DNA of 62,973 nucleotides, the filler included. It is 8 parts of 8 records of this genome, joined end to end, with 100 filler letters (N's around TTAATTAATTAA, not from the genome) between each part and the next. Parts side by side here need not be neighbours in the genome. Positions count along the whole stretch, not along the records: positions 51,913 to 57,292 come from SRR2962707_4127; positions 57,393 to 62,973 come from SRR2962707_4155; 6 more parts are not named here. One strand, 5' to 3'. The notes beneath the pieces are model-generated. The model did no database searches and was not told the DNA's origin. It worked only from the letters and a program-made list of their open reading frames with translations. The translations under genes were made by a program, and so were the position numbers. Every line of letters begins with the position of its first letter. Position 1 is the stretch's first letter. This document shows, piece after piece, positions 54,276 through 62,973 of the stretch.

Positions 54276-56806
54276 TTATGGTAGCCCAAGCACATGCTCG
54301 CTGTACCCATTGAAATTGGATTCACGGGATGCTGTGCCCTAAAAAACAGGAGCAAAAATCACAGCGTGTAGGCCTTGAGCGGCACAATTTGGAACACTTG
54401 ACAACATGAACACAGAACTCCACCCTCTCGAGTCGCACCTCAGTGAAAGTGCTGTACTTGGTTGGGTGCAGCATCGAATCATACTTCCGTGAGTTCCCGA
54501 CACGACGAGGGGATATCCCAAGTGGCTTCAACATTTCGTCTACATGCTCCTGCAACACACAGAACAAATTAAGTGTTCTGCTTTGCACGCTGCCATCACC
54601 AATGATTTGTGCACATTGATCACGGCTCGTCGAACGCAATGAATATAATCACATTACCTGCTCCGAAGTAGGCTCTCCAAACGGTTTGTCCTCCAAAGAT
54701 CCACCTTCTGTGCTCATATATCTGCACCAGAAGGCAAAGGCAGCGCAGGTTATGCGATGTGTGTATTGCAAATACGGACCACAAACACAATTTCTGTTTC
54801 ACTTACACATCTGATGGACACACGACGCAGCAAGTATCCTCGCCTCCAACACGCATGGACGTCTCAAGTTCAATTAACGTGTCGAACATCTCAGTGTCAG
54901 CCTGCAGAACAGCAGGATATTCAAGCAATCCACAATCACAATACCATCAGCAAAACGTGGATGAAATAACGAGGGGAAAGATGATGAGAGTGATGTGACT
55001 TTGGGGGCGTCACGCACTGGATGATCCGGGAACACTTCCACAGCTTCGTAGCCGCTGAGTCGGGCGTCTCGAGTAAACCCAGCAAAATTCTTCTTTTTCC
55101 GCACACTGCTCGCCACACCATTTCGGAGCTTGTTGTTCTTCGTGATGCTTGGAGCAACGACAAACGCCTGGTCATCCACATCGTCAACAAATACTTGGCG
55201 GGTTGCTCGCAGCTGAGACTGCTGAAGAGCTCCAAGCATCTTGGCACTTGGGGCCTCTTGCAAAGACTCGTCAAGAAACGCAAGTCCAGTGTATATTTTC
55301 GGCAATGTGTGGCCCATATTGTCAGCACGTGGGGCAAACACGGCCATATTTGCAACAGGGTCGTCGTTGAACTCTGGCTTCTTGAAAAAAGGCACAAATG
55401 AGGTCGCGCAGAGCCGACAACACTTCGGTGCCATTAATCCGTCGACGTATCTGGCAATAGAAAGATTGCGAGTTGCACAACGTTGAGTACATGATCTTTT
55501 TCAAAGCACCAGTGCATCACTGTAGTTGAGAAGCATTAAAAAAAAGCAAGTTAGACTTACGGCTCAGGTTGCCACGGGCAGTTTGGTGCACCTTTGTCCC
55601 GATTCTTCTTGAGGTAACTGCAGTTGGGCAGGCACAGAATGATTGCTTCATTTTCATGCGCAACCCCGCGCTAGATAGAATCGTTTTTCTCAATCATGAA
55701 CGAAGATACGCACTCTTCCAGTTTGCCGCTCGGAGTTTTTATACGTGGATCAGCGCCAAAGACGTTTGGGACATATCTGGATGTTGTGAAATAACACAAG
55801 TTTATTATACTTGTGCCACACAGCGATGTACAAATCGATGTAGAGACCACATGCCCGCGTTCACTCACGTTGAGAAATCCCGAAACGGATACTTGTTGCT
55901 GTCATCGTCCGGACATATGTTGCAGCATACCGAATCTCCATAAAATGCCGCGGAACCGTAATTTTGTGGGCACGCATACAACCCTGTTTTCGTTTTCGAA
56001 AACGTGGGTGAAGTTTGCTTGAAAACAGGATCTGGACGCTTTGTTTGAGATTTCCGGGATCCACCAGGCTATTCGCGAAAAGCAGCCCAAGGGCAATCAA
56101 TACCAAGACGTCGCTCAAAGATAAATGAGGTCTACAGCGCTGACAACGAATAAGAGCAGTGCAGACAAGCACGTACCATGGTGCTCGTGCGCCTGGCAAA
56201 CTTGTTGTTGTGAGCTGTTGCATACGCCTTTGTTTCGAAGACATTCGGACTGAATACACCTCCTTGATTTAGGCCCTGCACTTCGACAAAGGCATTGCCT
56301 TCTTGACGTGGCGCAGCTGTTCCAGTGTCTGTTGTCAAGGGTCGCCTTCTTGCCCGCCCATTCTCCAGCCGGTTGAACCAAGTCCAGAAGTTAGCCTCCG
56401 TGGCGGCATGTACTTCTGGTGGAAGCTCCAGGAAAGAAAGCTGCTTGTAGAACCGCGTTGGGCACACTTGACAACACCCCATCACATCTGACACGGGCGT
56501 CTCGTATGGGGCACCGTCTGCTTTGTGCCCGCCTTTGCCATCATACGCCTTGTTGAAGCTTCGCACGTAGTCTGGAACCGCCAAGCTGGGGTCAGTCGTG
56601 TAACCCTTGATAAACTTGCGGCTCTGCTTCGTTGGGAATCCCGAGTGGGCTGCCAGCGCGCTCCAGCAACTCGCAGCGAGCAGGAAAGTTGCCAACGTCA
56701 AGGTAGATACATGCTGGCAGGACCGCCAAAAACCAGCTTGCGATACCCGGCTCCTAGGCCTGAACGGAGGAGGAAAGACCCTGGTTCCAGGGCTGTTTCC
56801 GCCCAT
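54276..56806 (-). CDS. Secreted/anchored protein with four CCxxC modules, about 9 exons
   Basis: Hydrophobic TLTLATFLLAASCWSALAA; hand-spliced exons carry CCQVCP, CCNICP, CCRLCA and CCVVCP; donors GTACGT, GTGAGT, GTGCGT, GTAAGT. Confidence 0.7.
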
Positions 56807-57134
56807 AGCTTGCGACTCCCCTCCTAGGGAAAATAAATAAACAAACAAATAATACGACAGTCACCGCTCACCCTTGCATCGCACATAATAATGATCCCAT
56901 TCTCCGCGGTCGTTCGAGCGCGCGAAGTGGCCGTCGAAGCGCCGTCACATTCTACGAATCCCACGTGCCACGCACACCTTCGCACCGCAATCCATTTCGG
57001 CCACGCGAAATCGCTATAAACCACGAGCAAGCAGCAGTGACCGATCACAATAGCATCTAATAAGTTGTTTTTTTCACAGATTGAAATTCGTGGGCATTTA
57101 CGGTTGCCCTGTTCAGATACTGCAGCTGCGACTG

Positions 57135-57292
57135 CGAACTCACGAACTCACGAGGTCAGTAGTCACGAGGGCACACAACACGCATCACTCGCTCAACATG
57201 CCAACTCACCCACTCACCCACTCACGCGACGTTCGAAGACTCGCTCGCTGAGACACTCCAACTCTTGAGTTCGTGAGTTCGTGAGTTCGTGA
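57135..57292. repeat. Inverted arrays of the 8-mer TCACGAAC flanking ACTCAC-rich DNA
   Basis: CGAACTCACGAACTCACGA (57135-57153) is the exact reverse complement of 57271-57289. Confidence 0.8.
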
Positions 57293-57392
57293 NNNNNNNN
57301 NNNNNNNNNNNNNNNNNNNNNNNNNNNNNNNNNNNNTTAATTAATTAANNNNNNNNNNNNNNNNNNNNNNNNNNNNNNNNNNNNNNNNNNNN
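57293..57392. other. Artificial contig spacer
   Basis: N44-TTAATTAATTAA-N44. Confidence 0.98.
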
Positions 57393-57420
57393 CACCGTCA
57401 GCTGCCCCATTACCACACAG

Positions 57421-57916
57421 GCGCTGATCCAGTCGTTGATTTTGCTGCTCGAAGCAAGTGCGAGAAGGGACGAGCGCAGAGATGCGAGCTATCTACCGTG
57501 AGTACAACACACATCACATGACATGTAGGTATGACCATATGCATGTTGTTTTGTCATACCGCATTTCATCTTGCAGTGTATTTCTGTGGCATGCACTGGT
57601 AGTGAATGGATGTAAGATGTAGATCTACCAATGTATGTTGCTGCATAGTGTTGATAATGTGTTAAATTTGACAGCGATAGACAGGTGTTCAGAGCTGCAA
57701 CCCAAGTTGCGACAGCTTGGCCGCAAACATCTCAAGTTGGTGTTTCCGGAGAAGTTGTTGCAGGTACATGTGCCGAGTAAAAGCCGTCGCACACATCGCG
57801 CGTGTAGTGCCCAGCTTGGACGACCAAAATCTGGGACGCGGACAAAGGTCGCACCTGCTTGGCGATCCTGGGCGCCCGCGGAAACAGTTTCGGTGGAGCA
57901 GTGCGTTCCTACCTAA
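57421..57916 (+). CDS. Possible last exons of an unidentified protist gene
   Basis: Acceptor ACACAG at 57420 and donor GTGAGT near 57498; open frame 57635-57916 whose stop abuts the convergent gene. No recognisable motif. Confidence 0.3.
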
Positions 57917-60900
57917 TTATTGATCAGCAGCATGGCGGAAAAGGCCCCCCTGATTTTGTTCCCTTCCTCCAGGCGGAGCTCAACGAGCGTTGTTGGAAGC
58001 ACTTCGGCCAACAAAGTCGTTGTTGGCAGTGCTCCTTCCAGTTTGTTACCATTCAGCCGGAGGTAGCGTAGTTGTTGCAATTGCGTGATCTCTGTCGGCA
58101 CTGTGGATGTGAGTCCATTGTGAGCCAAGTCCAATTCTGAAAGCTGCGTCATGGCTCCAATTTCGGTTGGTATCGGCCCTGTGAGGCGATTCTCGCTCAG
58201 GCGCACATTCCATACTCGCTGCATTTTTTCCATTTCATGAGGTAGACGGCCCGTGAGGCGGTTGTTGGAAAAGTCGACGAACTGAATATGGAGCAAGTAG
58301 CATAGTTCAGAGGGGAAAACACCTGAAAGCTTGTTATTGTGCAGCTTGCACTGGCGCAATTGCCTTGCCAGTCCCAGGTGCCGTGGACAATGACCCGTCA
58401 GCAAGTTGTAGGACAGATCCACGCTTACCAACCGGCGCACTTCCCCAAGCTGTGTTGGAATTGTCCCCGTAAGCCGATTGCGAGACAAACGCAGTTCCAA
58501 TTTTGGTCCATCTGCGGCTTCTACGTCGTTGTGGTAGTTTAGGAGCTCAATTGCTCTTGCAGGAAGAACAATAACAGCATCATCCAAGTCTGGTTCTGAC
58601 CGTGGCGTTTGTAGCTGGCCGATCTCTGTTGGTATCGGCCCGGTGAGCATGTTCGAATCAAGGTCCAGTTTTCGAAGTTGAGCTAAAAGTCCAATTTCCG
58701 TCGGAATATGCCCCTGAATATTGTTGTTGTGACAGCAAAGTTCCAAGAGCCACCGCAACATGCCTAATTCTGTCGGCAAATGTCCAGTCAAGCCGTTTCC
58801 AGGCAGATAGAGCTTCGTCACTCTTTGATTTGCCCTCGGGGCCATTGTCATGGCTTGAAGAAAATTTTCTTCATATTCGAGCACATGGTCTCCTTCGTAT
58901 CCCAACGTGACACCACGCCAATTCTGCAATTTCGAAGCCGCACACCACCCCCACGAATCCACCCATCCCTTTGAGTGGACACTACATGTACCGGTATTTT
59001 GCACGAGCCGGCTTGTGGTGGCATCACCAACCTTGGTCGAATTGCTCGAGCACGGATTTGCAGGCGCGCAGCCACCAAAGTCCGAATCTGCAAAACGACC
59101 CTGCTGCGCGGTTGATGCAGCAACCCCGCCGGTGGAGCTGAAAAGCGCTGGCAGAGCATTCCATCCCTCACTAAATGTCGGATGCCCAGCGATTGCAGCA
59201 GCCGCAGCGTGGTTAGCATGTTCGCACGCCAAAGCGTGCGCTGTGCGACCGCGACCATCTCGGACATTTACATTGAGTCCTTGGATGCCCAGGACACCAG
59301 GAAGCAGGAAGTCAAAGCAGCCATTGGGTTGCATGGCAATAATGTGGAGAACCGTCGCACCGCTCACAGGCTCCACGCAATCAACCACCTGCTCCTTGGG
59401 CAAAGGGTTGAACTTGATCCAATATTCGGCCATCTTCCGAATTGCATCATCCACATCGTCGCTTTCCGCACCATTTTCACTCTCTACTGCACGAGGAATC
59501 TTTCTGCTCCGTGCAGCTGCATCCAGGGCGACAAGATAAACAAGAAGCCCAGACGATCCGCGACGAATGCCTGCGTAGGAGTAAAAGTCCGCAACAAGGT
59601 CTGCCACAGCGCGTGTACGCACGAGCTTGTACCACACGTGGCTATCCTTGCGCATCAACAAGTAGTCTTCCAAGAGGAATTGAATTTCCACCAAGAAGAC
59701 AGCTGGTGCACGACGCAAGGCATCGTTGTTGAATAAGCTGTACTGCAGTCGAATCACGAGTGATCGCAGATCTGGCACGTGACGCAGTGAATCTGGGATT
59801 TTCCAACTTTCGAGCGCAACATCAATAATATCCTGGTTGTAAGCTACCACTTTATCCAACGAAAGCGACGGTGGCCCAGTTCTGTCAGAAAAACCACCTC
59901 TACGATTTTCAAGCGGTAGATGGTCGTAGTTGAGCTCAACTTGGCCCTCTCGTATTGCAGTAATTTGCCCCTTCTGTCGGTCCCCGTAATACATACCCTG
60001 CGTCGGATGCGTCACCACCTTTTGGCCAACAAAAAATACGTGAGGTATGAATCCACATGCGACATCCGCATCCAATAGGTCACCCCACGTAACACCATCT
60101 GGAACTGCAAACCGAAAGTTAGCCAGCAAGGACCGATACCTATGCGATCAGCAAGGAAGCGAGATACGAATACCGAAGCAAACATTTTAATAAATAAATC
60201 AAACTCTTTGGGGTGAGAATATTTCCATCGCTTGGAGATGGCGTCAAAATACATGCACATCATCTGCAAAAGCTCACCCAAAGGTCTCACGCGCGGCGTC
60301 AAAAAGAGGGTCAAAGTTGTTCTTTGCTCGTACCACATGCAGCCCCACAGCCTCGCATGCATCGTAGCATTTCACAAGGTCGGCAAATTCGCGAAAAGTT
60401 AACGCAGCCCGTGACATGTCGATGTTCGCAGCCGATTTGGGGGCACGTTCGTTGGCATGGTCGTCAGCAAGTTTTGTGGCCATTCGCACACAGGTCTTTG
60501 GTGGGGCCGCCTTCCAAGAGCCGTGATGGGCCTGGTGTGTTTGTGCGTCGAACGAAAAAAAGGAAAAAAAAAAGGAAAAACGAGCGACAGTTCGGAATTG
60601 AGCGACATGTCCCATTGTTCCACCGACGAACATAATGCAAAACCTTGGTGAAGGACACCACCAGTGACATGTGGATGCATGTTGCAAAATTGCCGCTTTC
60701 AAGCGTAAACTCTCACCTCCCCGAGCTGCTTTGCTACATGTTGGAAGAAAGGATCGATGAGCTTTGCCATAAACTCCAGGCAAACCAACAGCTCATGGCC
60801 ATGAGGGGGGATACCATCAGTCGGGGTCGAGCGAGTATAGATTCCGCTAAAGAGATGCGGATCAATTGGCTGTTGGCCTTGCATTGACAATTCCTTCACA

Positions 60901-62874
60901 AAATCCTCGTCGCAGTAGATGTTCACTGCCTCTGGTGCCCCGATGGGCTTCCCACGGACAATCTCGACGTGAAGTTTTTGTGAAGTTAGCCAATCCTGAC
61001 GATTCAACGATCCATTCGCCTCTGCAGTGGCGGAGTCAACGGGCAATGGTGGTGCGTATACTGTCCAATAATTTTCTCCGTTTTTCGCAGTACAAGCCGT
61101 CGGCCGTGGTGGGACGTTGGCCAGTTCATCGCTGCAGTGCTGCCGGATCAAGACTTCTTCGGGATCAACAACGCCCCAACGCCCTTTCCCCTCCGACGTC
61201 CAGCCTTTTCTGCCGCCCCAAAACACCAAAAAGGTTTGGGTCTCTGCACAAAAGTAATGGTGCTGGTTTTCTTGTGCGACTGTCGCCGACAAATGGCCGT
61301 GTAACAAAGTTTGAATCGGCAAAATACCTGCATCGTCGAGGCGGTGCTTCTTCGTGGGGGGTACTTGAATGGCAATTTTATCAACAACGTCCAACCGAAT
61401 CTTGGAGAAAATATGCTCTTCACCTGCGGAAGCAATGCTGTTGAGTCGTCGCAAAGCGTGACCCTGTAACAAGCGAAAGACGACTTCGTTTTGACCGTGA
61501 AAATTCCAGGTTTTGTTTCCCACCAGACACTTCAAAGACTTCAACAAAAGTGCCATATGGTCTGTAGAGGCCATTTTATTCTTCAAGACGGAAATGCAGG
61601 CAATGATGTACCGCGTGATTGCACACCGGCAGTCTTCGAGCGGTACTCCAACAATCTGTGACTCTAATTCCACCGATGTGAGTGAACGGACTGTTCCATT
61701 GTCAGTGGTAAAATTTCCGAGCTTCAAAACCCTCACCACGACTTCCAGGTCATCGACTGAGAGAGAACAATACGAATCGCACTCGTCGTCGTCTGACAGC
61801 CGTGCTGGCAAACATGGTGCCAATGCGCAGGGAAACTCATTCGCAATCAGGCTCACGAGCTCAAACAACCGATCCCAGTCGACCACCTCTTGGCGGATTG
61901 GAGTCGATGCAGCGGTTGTTGCCACATGTTGGCTCGGTGGTAAAAGGCAATTCAGCACGCTGCGAGCTGCACCGGTTACCTATTGTCAGACCACCACCCA
62001 TCACAAGCAATTGCAACGAGTGAATATGCGGGGTTAAATTGGCGGAGTGCGCTTCAGATAATTCGCTGCCGCGGAACTGCGTACCTGGGAGTCGGAGTGA
62101 TGGAGCAAGCGCGTGAACAGTGAAATACCTATGCCCTCTTTCAAATGCTTTGCACTCTGTTCAAATACTGTCCCTTCAGGCCGCTCGATGATCAATTTTT
62201 GTATGGTCTTGAGGACTGCAATCGTCAAAGTGATGTCGGTCATCTCGACGTCTTGGCTAATGAGTTTCTTCAAACTATCAAACATGCTGCGTGCAGTATC
62301 GCTTTTAACAAGTAGCAACATGATTTCCAGTGCTCCGGTGTGCACGATACTGTTGGCATGTAGCACTGCACGCGCTAGGCTTGACAAGTTTGAGAGCTCG
62401 AGAAGGACACGCGCAACTGCAGCATCATTTGAGGTCAACCGATTTCGAATCGCAGTGATGCCAATTACTGCAATTGTTTCTGGGTGCTGCACGCGCGTCG
62501 AAGCCAGTGCTACGGCAATGCCAATGTCGGTTGCGCGCCCGATCAAATCGCTTAAGTGCCCATCACTTCCCACGCACATTTCCATCACCGCACATGCCTG
62601 CTCACGAAGCAACGCATCCGAATGCGCAGTCATTTCACCGAAAACGTCTAAACTCCCCGCAATAGAAATTTCGTTCCGAATAATACTGAACCACTCTGCG
62701 TCTGCTTCAGTTGACCCAGTGACGGAGGAAAGAAGTTTGGCCACCACTCTGAGAACATGTGCACCCATATTACGATCCTCGTGCTGAGCCGCACGAGACA
62801 AAGCCTTCAACACCCGTGGATCCGAGGTAATAGACTTGGCAGTATCATTTGCCGGACTCTGCTTCGAAGCAGGT
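57913..62874 (-). CDS. 5'-truncated multidomain protein: ARM/HEAT repeats, RelA/SpoT-like nucleotidyltransferase, ankyrin, LRR
   Basis: Exons 62874-62085, 61979-60717, 60531-60278 and 60139-57913 join in frame through GT-AG introns. NTase motifs: APPK...R...K, IDMSR, RAKNNF, GYRSLLAN, EIQF, HVWYKLVR. ANK: GATVLHII, GRTAHALA. About 11 LxxLxLxxNxLxGxIP repeats. Confidence 0.8.
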
Positions 62875-62940
62875 CTGGAAAAGTGCACGCGTTTGTCTAG
62901 TTCGCACAAGATTAGCAAGCAAGTGCACGCCAAATGCCAT

Positions 62941-62971
<31 letters not shown>

Positions 62972-62973
62972 AC

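Noticed and set aside
7119-57392. Seven identical TTAATTAATTAA elements in N runs, and bacterial genes adjacent to eukaryotic genes
   Set aside because: These are concatenation linkers. Adjacency across them is not biological, so no HGT or operon inference was made across spacers.

Overview
This window is not one locus. It is eight unrelated metagenomic contigs joined by 100-nt artificial spacers (44 N + TTAATTAATTAA + 44 N). Three contigs are bacterial. Contig 2 (7219-16357) is a Marinobacter-like gammaproteobacterium with a sigma54/NtrC-controlled nitrate transporter and PP2C-kinase pair, followed by leuA, a holD-like gene, rimI, prfC and a TatD-family gene. Contig 3 (16458-23012) is a GC-rich Devosia/Pelagibacterium-like alphaproteobacterium with VOC, ClC, AsmA and RHH genes. 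Contig 4 (23113-38680) is an AT-rich Bacteroidota contig with an RND efflux operon carrying a fatty-acid hydroxylase and HD protein, a clan-A glycoside hydrolase, and a cupin-SDR-SDR-2HADH-mhpD-mhpF-mhpE catabolic operon. Five contigs (1-7118, 38781-45098, 45199-51812, 51913-57292, 57393-62973) come from an intron-rich protist, plausibly a stramenopile; all taxonomic calls are inference. I spliced the protist genes by hand. The main candidate novel system is on contig 8: a gene that, once spliced, encodes ARM repeats, a divergent RelA/SpoT-like nucleotidyltransferase with an SH3/Tudor-like insertion, ankyrin repeats and about 11 plant-type LRRs, suggesting a cytosolic sensor that makes a nucleotide signal. 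Other notable items are a tandem bacterial-type SGNH esterase lacking the DxxH aspartate, a secreted EF-hand/ankyrin/JmjC (HxH) protein, a secreted protein with four CCxxC modules, and TCAC(GAA)/TCACTC repeats upstream of protist genes.
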